Both the position numbers and the translations under genes were made by a program. A DNA stretch of 64,000 nucleotides from an uncultured Desulfobulbaceae bacterium (lineage in GTDB: Bacteria > Desulfobacterota > Desulfobulbia > Desulfobulbales > BM004), in NCBI GenBank assembly GCA_947259115.1, contig CAMYKS010000004.1, positions 2,810 through 66,809 of the forward strand. Reading direction: 5' to 3'. Shown piece by piece: positions 46,521-55,647 of the stretch (positions are counted from its first letter, which is position 1; every line of letters starts with the position of its first letter). Under the pieces are notes generated by a model that saw only the letters and a list, made by a program, of their open reading frames with translations, made no database searches and was not told where the DNA came from.

Positions 46521-48527
46521 TTATTCGTCCTTCTTCAGAATACTCTGACGGCTATGTTCACGGCGTTTCTTAAAACGCTCCCTGAAGGAACGCGGCACCC
46601 AGAAGAGGGTGTGGATGCCGAAGAAGGCAAAGGTACCCACCAGCAGGCCGGTCATGCCCCAGAATGTATAGAACAGATAAGGGTACTTATCCCTGTCATG
46701 ATGGGTGGCATGGGTCAGGTAGCCGGTGAATTTCCTGTTGGAGCCCGGATGACATTTCTTGCAGGTTTCCACGACATGGCGCCTGTTCAGGCGGGACTCG
46801 CTGTAGTATGCCGGCAGGATATCGTGGGCCCCGTGACAGTCGGAACACTTTGCTGTCTTTTCACCTCCGGAAAGCATGGAGGCCTTGCCGTGATACGTTT
46901 CAAAATAGGTGTCTGTTTCATGCTCATGGCAGGTGCCGCACTCATCAAGGATCAGACCACGAAAACCTGCTGTATCATGACGGCTGATGGTATGCGAGGT
47001 ATGGCAGTCATTGCAGACCGGCAGTTTTTTATCCGTTTTTGATACCTGCGGACTGTGGATCGAGGAACTGAATTTTTCAGCAATACCCAAGTGGCACTGG
47101 GCGCATGCGGTAATGATATTCTCCCGGTTAACACTTGATTCAGGATTGGAGGCCGGCAGCATACTGTGAGCCGTATGGCAGTTGGTACAGGTGGCTGAGA
47201 CCATCAGTCCTGACTGCGACAATCCCCTACCGTGAATACTCATCTGGTAGTGCTTGACGATATCATGCTGTTTTCCTGTATAGCGCAGGGCGGCCTTCTC
47301 TCCTTCCCGGTGGCAGCGGCCACAGAGATCCGGAATGTTACGGGCAAATATGGGGGATTCGAAGTTGGATTTTGACATGACGCCATGGGTGCCATGGCAT
47401 TCCGTACAGACCGGGGCATTCTTGTCATTTTTTGCCACCAGCATGCCGTGGGTGCTCTTGTCGTAAAGATCTACCACCTGGGCATGGCATATGGAACAGT
47501 CCACCGGGCCTGAATCCTGGCAGACCGGATTCTTCTGGTGATCAACATTGACATGGCACTTGGCACAGGCAATACGTTTCTCCTGATGGATTGAATGCTC
47601 AAAATCATCGACATTGACATACAGAATTCTTTCCTCACCGTTGGCCAGTATCTTCTTCAGGTCAGGATTACCGTGACATTTCAGGCAGAACTGGTCGTTG
47701 AGGCTGTCTTCATAAAGAACTCTCCTGGCCTGGTGAGGTCCGTGGCATTCGACACAGGCCGGGACTTTATGCGGTTCCGTTTCCCATAATTCACCACGGA
47801 CGATCTTGGTATGAGCATCTTCAATATTTGCATGACATTTCATGCAGGTCTTCACAACATTCAAACGGCTGATTGTGGAATTCGGGTCCGTGTGCGGCAG
47901 AACATTATGGGCCGTATGGCAGCTGGAACATACCGCGGTTACGGTCAGCCCCTTGCGGAATAACCCCTCACCGTGTATGGACATGGAGAAATTTTTCAGG
48001 ATATTATGTTTGCCGATGTCATGGGTCAGGGTCATGGGGCTGCCTTCCTGGTGGCAGCGGCCGCAGGTAAAGGGAACATTCATTACATATGTAGGAGAAT
48101 CCTTATCCTGCATTGAAAGGATATCATGTTTGCCATGACAGTCTATACATTTAGGCGCATAGGGATCATTATTTTCAAGAGCCTGGCCATGCAGGCTGTC
48201 TGCAAAAATCTCGGCAATATCATCATGACAGTTGGCGCAATCCACACGGGCCATTGGGTATGGATGCGGTGCTTCTTCAACATCAGCCTCTTCATGGCAG
48301 GAGACACAGCCGTTGTCCGCATGGACCGAACCTGCAAACTTATCACCGTCAAGGGTCAACTGAACGGTCTTGCCGTCAACCTCAACGGTAAGGTCCGGGT
48401 CGGTATGACAGTCAAGGCAGTCCTCGTCTGTCATGGCTGCGGCATTCTGGGCAAGATTTACCAGCAATGCGACAGATATAATAACTAGAAACTTCAACCA
48501 TCCCTGTTTTTCTGTAACGTTTAACAT
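46521..48527 (-). CDS. membrane-anchored multihaem c-type cytochrome, 19 CxxCH motifs
   Basis: Signal/anchor at the N-terminus, 19 CxxCH motifs counted, clear internal duplication, and a single C-terminal TM helix (YLFYTFWGMTGLLVGTFAFFGIHTLFW) followed by a basic tail. Confidence 0.9.
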   Translation of the reverse strand: MLNVTEKQGWLKFLVIISVALLVNLAQNAAAMTDEDCLDCHTDPDLTVEVDGKTVQLTLDGDKFAGSVHADNGCVSCHEEADVEEAPHPYPMARVDCANCHDDIAEIFADSLHGQALENNDPYAPKCIDCHGKHDILSMQDKDSPTYVMNVPFTCGRCHQEGSPMTLTHDIGKHNILKNFSMSIHGEGLFRKGLTVTAVCSSCHTAHNVLPHTDPNSTISRLNVVKTCMKCHANIEDAHTKIVRGELWETEPHKVPACVECHGPHQARRVLYEDSLNDQFCLKCHGNPDLKKILANGEERILYVNVDDFEHSIHQEKRIACAKCHVNVDHQKNPVCQDSGPVDCSICHAQVVDLYDKSTHGMLVAKNDKNAPVCTECHGTHGVMSKSNFESPIFARNIPDLCGRCHREGEKAALRYTGKQHDIVKHYQMSIHGRGLSQSGLMVSATCTNCHTAHSMLPASNPESSVNRENIITACAQCHLGIAEKFSSSIHSPQVSKTDKKLPVCNDCHTSHTISRHDTAGFRGLILDECGTCHEHETDTYFETYHGKASMLSGGEKTAKCSDCHGAHDILPAYYSESRLNRRHVVETCKKCHPGSNRKFTGYLTHATHHDRDKYPYLFYTFWGMTGLLVGTFAFFGIHTLFWVPRSFRERFKKRREHSRQSILKKDE

Positions 48528-48547
48528 GATCCTTCTAATCCTGTTTT

Positions 48548-49297
48548 TTATGATGATGGACTATTCATAAAGTGCTTGAACAATTCAATTGGCACCGGAA
48601 TCAATGTACTGTTCTGCTCCGATACGCCTATCTCTCTGATGGTTTGCAGGTAGCGGAGCTGCAGGGTAATCGGTTCCTTAGCTATCAGGCTTGCAGCCTC
48701 GCTCAGTTTGGCAGCAGCCTGCAGTTCGCCGTCTGCATTAATGACCGTGGCCCGACGCTCCCTTTCCGCCTCTGCCTGCTTGGCCATAGCCCTCTGCATA
48801 CTCTCAGGCAGATCAATTTCCTTTAACTCCACCTTGCTTATGGCAACGCCCCAGGGCTCTGTTTCATGATCCAGAATTTCCTGCATTTTCCTATTCTTGG
48901 CATCACGTTCGGACAGTATGTGATCCAGATCCTCCTGGCCGCAAACACTCCGAAGAGTGGTCTGGGCCAACTGTGATGTTGCCGCCTTGTAGTTTTCAAT
49001 TTCAATTGAAGCTTTTACCGCATCGACGACCCTGAAATAAACCACTGCGCTGACACGCACAGAGACATTGTCCTTGGTAATGATATCCTGCCCAGGGACA
49101 TCATGGGTAATGGTCCTCATGTCAACCCTTTTGAGTTTATCAATAAGGGGCATGACGAGCACCATACCCGGACCTTTCGGTTCGAGTACCTTGCCCATCC
49201 GAAAGACAACACCACGTTCATATTGGGGGACCATTTTAACAGATGCAAAAATCAGCATCGCAATAAGCGGAATCAGGAAAACGGCAACGTATATCAT
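48548..49297 (-). CDS. SPFH/band-7 (stomatin/slipin-like) protein
   Basis: N-terminal TM, VPQYERGVVFRMGK, DMRTITHDVPGQDIITKDNVSV, then an Ala/Glu-rich coiled coil. Located 20 bp upstream of the 19-haem gene. Confidence 0.9.
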   Translation of the reverse strand: MIYVAVFLIPLIAMLIFASVKMVPQYERGVVFRMGKVLEPKGPGMVLVMPLIDKLKRVDMRTITHDVPGQDIITKDNVSVRVSAVVYFRVVDAVKASIEIENYKAATSQLAQTTLRSVCGQEDLDHILSERDAKNRKMQEILDHETEPWGVAISKVELKEIDLPESMQRAMAKQAEAERERRATVINADGELQAAAKLSEAASLIAKEPITLQLRYLQTIREIGVSEQNSTLIPVPIELFKHFMNSPSS

Positions 49298-49905
49298 TAT
49301 AAATACCTCGGCATATTTTTCTTAATGCTTCTCGCCCTAATTATTCCACTTAAGGTATTACTACAGACATGCAGCTTACTTTGCATTCCCTGCAACACTA
49401 ACGATGGACAATGCAACACTTCTGTGGCAAACGGAATATACGATTATTTTCTTAAATTGCAAGCAAAAAAGACAATTTTCTGAATGGGCATTCAATGGTT
49501 TTTTGGGCATTCTATATATGCAAATCGGTGAAATATTCCACCCTTGTCTCCTCTCATCCCACAACACGAGGCACCAAGTAAAAATGCAACCTCACTGTAA
49601 GATATTGAATTGTTAGGATTTAATTTTATTTTGATGTTCATATATTGTAAAATAACTTTAAAATTATATGCGTTATTGCTGGCTAACAAGTTTTTCCAAA
49701 CTGAAATTATTATAATGCCGAAATATTCAGTTGTCCACGTTACCTAATAATTATCCAATTTTGCTTGACATTTTTTGCCTTCCTGGTCTATTCATTGCAT
49801 AGTTTTTCACTGGACAAACTGTCTTTTTACCCACAATTAGAAACTGAAATACAAAACCGTTTTTGCCGGGATGCTGATGAATCAATCCTGAAGGAAACTT
49901 CTTAA

Positions 49906-52173
49906 GTGGACCTGACTCTCATCTTTCATATCTTTTCCACCATTGGTTTTGGTCTGGCTTTGCTCCTGGCATTCCGCATCCAGAAAAATCTTTTGGGACA
50001 TCCCTCAAGAATATTCCTGACCCTTTTTCTGCTGATTTATTTCCTGGTCGGGGTGTCTAATGTCCTTAAAGAGGGCGGTGTGACAAATTACTTTGACCGT
50101 TTTGAGTACTTTGCCGAAATGCTCTTTCCGCCGGCCTTTCTTTTTTTTATTTTTCCAATCTTTTCCCTGTACATTTTTTCCATATACATGAAGCAGGATT
50201 TTGAAAAACGTTTGGAAATTGAGGAGTCTCTCATAGAAAGTGAAAAAAAATTCCGTAATATCTCTGAAGAAATAGCCGATGGAATTGCAGTAGTCATCGA
50301 CGGAAAAATTAAATGGCTGAACAAGGCATTTCCGAAAATTTTCGGCTATGAATATGATGAACTGCTTGATATGGATATACAGTCCCTCATTCAATTGGTT
50401 ACCCCCGCTCGGAACGAAAACCCTTTACCGCAGACCCCCCCCGCAAACAATCTGCATCAAGACCGTTACGAGACAACCGGATTTTTAAAGAACGGTAATA
50501 GAATTGCAATCGAGGCTTCTGAGAAGTCAATTACCTTTGAAGATAAGTCCGCTCTCCAGATCATTACCCGTGATATTACGGAAAGGCAACTGGCCCAGGA
50601 GGAAATTACGAGGGCAAAAATGGAATGGGAGCAGACTTTCAATACTGTTCCGGACATGATCACCATACTTGACAGCAGGAACAGAATCCTGCGTGTCAAT
50701 AAGAGTATGGCAGAGCATCTCAACGCAACACAGGATGAACTTGCTGGTAAAAATTTTCACTTGCTCGTTCATGGCAACGAAAAGCCTGGTGAAATGACAT
50801 CCCCTGATTCCATAGCAGCATACTGCGAGGGGCAATCTGTTGAAATCTACGAAGAACATCCCGATAAAAATTTCCTAGTCAGCATCTCACCGCTCAATGA
50901 TGACAGGGGAAACTATATCGGTTCTGTCAGAGTTGCCCATAATATTACTGAATTAAAGCAGGTGCAGAATGAGCTAGAATCTACCCGGGCTTTTCTCCAG
51001 TCTGTTATTGACGGTGTTGCTGAATCCATTATGGTAATCGACAGGAATTACCGCATTCGCCTCATTAACAAAACGGCAATTGAACTGCACGCGGTTGACC
51101 TGCCCCTGACAGATTCCCATCTTTGCTACAAGATCTCGCATCATACAAACCAGCCATGCCACGGGGAAGAACATCCCTGTCCCCTGAAAAAAGTTCTTGA
51201 ATCGAAACAACCGGTGAACCTTGTGCACACCCATAAACGGGCAGACGGCACTGAATATGTAGTTGAGCTTGGCGCCTCCCCAATCTTTGACAATGAAGGT
51301 GAGATTACCGGTATTATTGAAGTGGGGCGTGATATTACAGAAAAATTACGCCTTGAAAAAGAGGAAAAGGAATTTCGAGCCAGGCTCTTCCAACAGCAGA
51401 AAGACCAGTCCATAGCCCTCATTGCCAAAGGTATTGCCCATGATTTTAATAATCTCCTGGGTACTGTTATCGGCAATGTAGACCTGTTGCAAATGGGAAC
51501 CGCCCCAAAAGAGGAAGAGTGCGGCATCGTTGAAGCCATAGGAAGTGCTGCCCACCGCATGAGCGACCTTACCACCCAGCTTCTGGCTTATGCCAAGGGA
51601 GGGGCGTACAAACTTGAACGTATTGTGCTCACCTCCCTTATCCTGCAAACCCTGAAATTCTCACATACCGGTCTTGCAGCAAAAATAAATATTATCAATA
51701 ACCTGGATAAAGACCTCTGGCCAATTCTCGGTGACCCAAACCAGATGAAACAAATGCTGGTGAATATTTTCACAAACGCCTTTGAGGCCATGGAAGATGG
51801 CGGCGGCACACTGTGTGTGGAAACCAGAAATGTAATCAAGGAAACCGATTGGGAATGTTCCTTCAAAAATGTTCACCCGCAAGGCTGTTATATTTCCATA
51901 GATATTACCAATACGGGTCCTGGAATCCCTGAAGAAATAGCAAAACAGATCTTTGAGCCGTTTTACACCACTAAGTCATTGGGGCGGGGACTTGGCCTTG
52001 CTGCTGTGGCGGGCATTGTACAAAACCATGGTGGTTGCGTGTCATTTGAGAGCAGTTCCGGGAGTATAACATTTCATATTCTGCTCCCGGTGGCAAAAGA
52101 TAATGGCAATACCCCGGGAAAAGAAATTTTAAATCAATCTGCATTGACGGCAAGCCTGAAACAAATACAGTAA
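49906..52173 (+). CDS. sensor histidine kinase with multi-TM N-terminus and three PAS-like domains
   Basis: GTG start. PAS segments, one with a Cys/His-rich insert (CYKISHHTNQPCHGEEHPCP). H-box IAHDFNNLLGTV, HATPase GRGLGLAAV. Confidence 0.85.
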   Translation: MDLTLIFHIFSTIGFGLALLLAFRIQKNLLGHPSRIFLTLFLLIYFLVGVSNVLKEGGVTNYFDRFEYFAEMLFPPAFLFFIFPIFSLYIFSIYMKQDFEKRLEIEESLIESEKKFRNISEEIADGIAVVIDGKIKWLNKAFPKIFGYEYDELLDMDIQSLIQLVTPARNENPLPQTPPANNLHQDRYETTGFLKNGNRIAIEASEKSITFEDKSALQIITRDITERQLAQEEITRAKMEWEQTFNTVPDMITILDSRNRILRVNKSMAEHLNATQDELAGKNFHLLVHGNEKPGEMTSPDSIAAYCEGQSVEIYEEHPDKNFLVSISPLNDDRGNYIGSVRVAHNITELKQVQNELESTRAFLQSVIDGVAESIMVIDRNYRIRLINKTAIELHAVDLPLTDSHLCYKISHHTNQPCHGEEHPCPLKKVLESKQPVNLVHTHKRADGTEYVVELGASPIFDNEGEITGIIEVGRDITEKLRLEKEEKEFRARLFQQQKDQSIALIAKGIAHDFNNLLGTVIGNVDLLQMGTAPKEEECGIVEAIGSAAHRMSDLTTQLLAYAKGGAYKLERIVLTSLILQTLKFSHTGLAAKINIINNLDKDLWPILGDPNQMKQMLVNIFTNAFEAMEDGGGTLCVETRNVIKETDWECSFKNVHPQGCYISIDITNTGPGIPEEIAKQIFEPFYTTKSLGRGLGLAAVAGIVQNHGGCVSFESSSGSITFHILLPVAKDNGNTPGKEILNQSALTASLKQIQ

Positions 52174-52336
52174 AATCCGCCTTTGACAACTCAACTTTAG
52201 TAGTAGTAATCCGGATTCTATCTGACATAAGTCAAACTCTTGTTTTAATTAAATATCCGGCGGATTAGCGAAGTGGAATCTGGCGGATATTTCTGGCTTG
52301 CCGTCAAAAAACCGATACTGCACAAACCCTTCAGTC

Positions 52337-52700
52337 TTAAAAATTATAGATGCCTACTACCGAACTCATAAACTGGCCACTTTCTCCTTCATCGTCAACT
52401 AAAGGGCTGTCCCTGGCATCATTCAGCAGGGCACTGTAAGCCAGGGCTCCCCTGATGCCCCAATTTTCGTTCATGTTGTAACGCAGCATCAGGTCAACAC
52501 CGATATCTTTTATCCCTGAATCAGCATTAGGTTGATAATCCGCTGCGGGCGGAATCTGCAGCATCAACAGAGAAGCAGGTGTCCATGTAATCACTGTCTA
52601 CATAGGTAATGCAAGCACCGAATTGCCATAATGGAAACTTTTGAAACCGTATTGGAAGTTGCCATGTCCAGCGGACAACTGGCATGTTTGACAAAGGTGG
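52337..52700 (-). pseudogene. MipA/OmpV-family outer-membrane protein, 5'-truncated and frameshifted
   Basis: ORF 52337-52594 ends ..RGALAYSALLNDARDSPLVDDEGESGQFMSSVVGIYNF, a MipA-type C-terminus ending in F. The preceding segment (..YVDSDYMDTCFSVDAADSARSGLS-stop) is in another frame. The N-terminal half is absent. Confidence 0.55.
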
Positions 52701-52783
52701 TTATGTTATAGTTAATAAGAATTAATACCATTCAGTGACCCATGAAGTTGCTGCAGAGCAGTATATATGTGGAGGTACTCGCC

Positions 52784-53314
52784 ATGACCGGAAGAATAAA
52801 TGATATATTGAACAGACGTAATAGCTTATTCATTTTATTTGTATCAGTTCTTACACTTATTATGCTGGCAGGTTTTGCTTTAGCAGCCAACATTTACGGG
52901 ACACTGGACAGAGACAGGGATCTTGACAACTTGTTCCGTAACTATGAAGTGCTGCAAGATCATAACTATTATGTAAGCGGTGGCTATGATAGACCAAATG
53001 CAATCCTGTTAATCCACAAGGACTATGAACTGGACAATCCAGGAAATCTTTGGGTACCATTTCCTTATGTTGATTACAACCAGATGAGAAAATGGGTTTA
53101 TGTCATAAGTTCCGAGCAGGATGCTGATAGGTCAGGTGGTTATTACGCTGCCTACATCCTTGACCAGGATGGCAAAAGAGTTGGTGTGTGGTATTCAGTT
53201 GAGGTTTTTACAACTGTGAAATTTCTCGCAGGAAACAAGATCCAGGTATACACACCGGAGCTGAACCAGAATTCTATCCTGAGTAAATTTGACGAATCAG
53301 AATATAGATTTTAA
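52784..53314 (+). CDS. hypothetical membrane-anchored/secreted protein
   Basis: GGAGG 8 nt upstream of the ATG at 52784. N-terminal hydrophobic helix LFILFVSVLTLIMLAGFALA. No family recognised. Confidence 0.5.
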   Translation: MTGRINDILNRRNSLFILFVSVLTLIMLAGFALAANIYGTLDRDRDLDNLFRNYEVLQDHNYYVSGGYDRPNAILLIHKDYELDNPGNLWVPFPYVDYNQMRKWVYVISSEQDADRSGGYYAAYILDQDGKRVGVWYSVEVFTTVKFLAGNKIQVYTPELNQNSILSKFDESEYRF

Positions 53315-53668
53315 TCGGCTGATGTTGGTAGGGTGACAGGTAACCGCTTTTCAGTCTGCATAGAAAAACGGGTTCACATGTTATTCCGCCCCGGGGCAAG
53401 TAATGCTCTATATCCTTTATGAGAGGAAAGATCCGCCTTCGGTAAGCAAAAAGCAAAACAGCCCTCTACGAGTCTCTATTTTGCGACACCCAAAAACGCA
53501 ATTAAACTCCCCGCGCCAAGCCACGGGGTATCTTCTGGTACAACAGAACTGCTTTATTGTGGCTTTTGTGAATGTAAATACTCATCCAACCCAATTAGCA
53601 CTTTAGTTAATATGAGGCAAGCCGCGGGGTATTACCCTAAGCCGGTAATAAAACCCAATGGTATCGTA

Positions 53669-55018
53669 TTATGATTTGAAAAGAGCTGGAATAATCTGAT
53701 GGCGATTCAGCAGTTTATAAAAATCTGTGCGGTTACGATTGGCTATACGAGCAGCCTGTGACACATTACCCTGGGTTGTCTGCAGGAGCTTTATGAGATA
53801 TTGCTGTTCAAACTGACGTCGGGCTTCTGACAGGGGGACTATCTTCTTCTGATGCTGCTTTATTGCATCATGCAAGAGGTCCTCAGTAATGAGCGGCGAG
53901 GTGGCAAGAGCACATGCATTCTCTACCACATTGTACAATTGACGGACATTCCCGGGCCAGGCTGCATCCACCAGAATCCGCATTGCATCAGGCGCAATCC
54001 TCTTAACTTGTTTCCTGTTCTCACCGGACAGGATTTCAACAAAATATTCCACCAGAAGCGGTATATCCTCCTTGCGCTCATGCAAGGGAGGAAGGTTAAG
54101 ACTCACGACATTGAGCCTATAAAAAAGGTCCTCCCTGAACTGCTTGTGCTCAAGAGCTTCTTCCAGGTTTCTGTGTGTTGCGGAGATAATACGGACATCC
54201 ACAGGAACCGGCGTTGTACTACCCACAGGCCTTACCTGCTTTTCCTCCAGGACTCTGAGCAGCTTTACCTGGAGATGCAGTGGCATATCACCGATCTCAT
54301 CGAGAAAAAGTGTTCCTTTGTTCGCGGCCTGGAAAAGTCCAAAATGGCTTTTCAAAGCACCCGTAAAAGACCCCTTGGAATGACCAAACAGTTCCGACTC
54401 AAGCAGTGCTTCCGGGATAGCTGCACAGTTGACCGGGACAAATGGCTTGTCCCTGCGGCTGCTTGCCCTATGAATAGCAACGGCCAAAAGTTCCTTGCCG
54501 GTACCGCTTTCTCCTCGTATAAGCACAGTCGAGTCTGTATCAGCCACCAAATAAGTCCTGGAAAGAAGTTCCTCCATGGCAGCACTTTTGGAAATAATAT
54601 CCCTGCGCCACTTATTACTATCATTCTGCGGTAGAGTGCCACCGGTTGAAAAGTGCAACGCTTTCTCAGTTTCGAGAATAAGATCCTTGCCGTCAATTGG
54701 TTTAGTAAGAAAACTAAAAACTCCCTTTTTCGTCGCCTCAACAGCCTCTGGAATAGAGCCATGGGCGGTAATTATAATCACAGGAATAACCTTGTTCCTT
54801 TCCCGAATCGCCTCAAAAAGAGCCATGCCGTCTATCCCCTGCATGCGCAGATCAGTAAGCACAACATTGGGATTGATCAGTGAGAATTTCACCAGGGCTT
54901 CCTCTCCGCTGAGCGCCGTGGTAACCTCATAACCATTGCTCTCAAGTCGTAATTTCCACAGGCTGAGCAAATCCGCCTCATCATCAACAAGGAGTATTCT
55001 GTTGCTTTTTCTATTCAA
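53669..55018 (-). CDS. sigma54-dependent response regulator (NtrC family; GlrR/QseF-like)
   Basis: Receiver (ILLVDDEADLL..VLTDLRMQGIDG), AAA+ domain (GESGTGKE, ESELFGHSKGSFTGA), C-terminal Fis-type HTH. Its start overlaps the stop of the lipoprotein gene. Confidence 0.9.
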   Translation of the reverse strand: MNRKSNRILLVDDEADLLSLWKLRLESNGYEVTTALSGEEALVKFSLINPNVVLTDLRMQGIDGMALFEAIRERNKVIPVIIITAHGSIPEAVEATKKGVFSFLTKPIDGKDLILETEKALHFSTGGTLPQNDSNKWRRDIISKSAAMEELLSRTYLVADTDSTVLIRGESGTGKELLAVAIHRASSRRDKPFVPVNCAAIPEALLESELFGHSKGSFTGALKSHFGLFQAANKGTLFLDEIGDMPLHLQVKLLRVLEEKQVRPVGSTTPVPVDVRIISATHRNLEEALEHKQFREDLFYRLNVVSLNLPPLHERKEDIPLLVEYFVEILSGENRKQVKRIAPDAMRILVDAAWPGNVRQLYNVVENACALATSPLITEDLLHDAIKQHQKKIVPLSEARRQFEQQYLIKLLQTTQGNVSQAARIANRNRTDFYKLLNRHQIIPALFKS

Positions 55019-55647
55019 GGCTGCTCCGTCTCCCTGCTTTTAATAATATTTTCAATGTTCTTTAACTGTCCGATCTGTTTCTTCAGCTCCACGATCTGTT
55101 CTTGCAACTCCTCGTTCAAAATCTGATCCTTCTTAATCTTTCCCTGTAAGGTTTCAACTTCTGAGGTGAGTTTCTTTTTGTCTTCAAGCAGCGTTTTCCA
55201 GGCACTCCATTTGTTCAACATTTCTACATCAAGCCAATCAACAAGAATTTTGAATCCCTGAATATCATCTGTGGAGTTAGGGTGTTCAGCTATGTATTGT
55301 TCAAGCACCTCCCGACCCTGCTTAAACTGCTGATAGTCAGCCTGTGCATCTAAACTCAAGCATATAAAGTGTAATTTGTACAGGTCTTGACCATACTGGA
55401 GTCCATCTTCAGCCATTTTGAAATTAGCAGCAAACTCCTCAGGACCAATGCCTTGTATTTCGTTCAAGCACGACAAAACATAAGTAGTCACATTCAGTTC
55501 CGGAAGGTTCCCCGATTCTGGATCGAGCTGCGCCAGTTCCGGGCTGGGCTGCACCAGTTCCAGGCTGGACTGCCCCAATTCAGCACATCCTCCCAGCAGC
55601 AACACACAGACAAGCATCAAAATGTTTATTTTCACGACGTTATTCAT
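55015..55647 (-). CDS. lipoprotein encoded between kinase and regulator (QseG/YfhG-like position)
   Basis: MNNVVKINILMLVCVLLLGGC lipobox and a C-terminal coiled coil. 4-nt overlaps with both neighbours. Confidence 0.7.
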   Translation of the reverse strand: MNNVVKINILMLVCVLLLGGCAELGQSSLELVQPSPELAQLDPESGNLPELNVTTYVLSCLNEIQGIGPEEFAANFKMAEDGLQYGQDLYKLHFICLSLDAQADYQQFKQGREVLEQYIAEHPNSTDDIQGFKILVDWLDVEMLNKWSAWKTLLEDKKKLTSEVETLQGKIKKDQILNEELQEQIVELKKQIGQLKNIENIIKSRETEQP

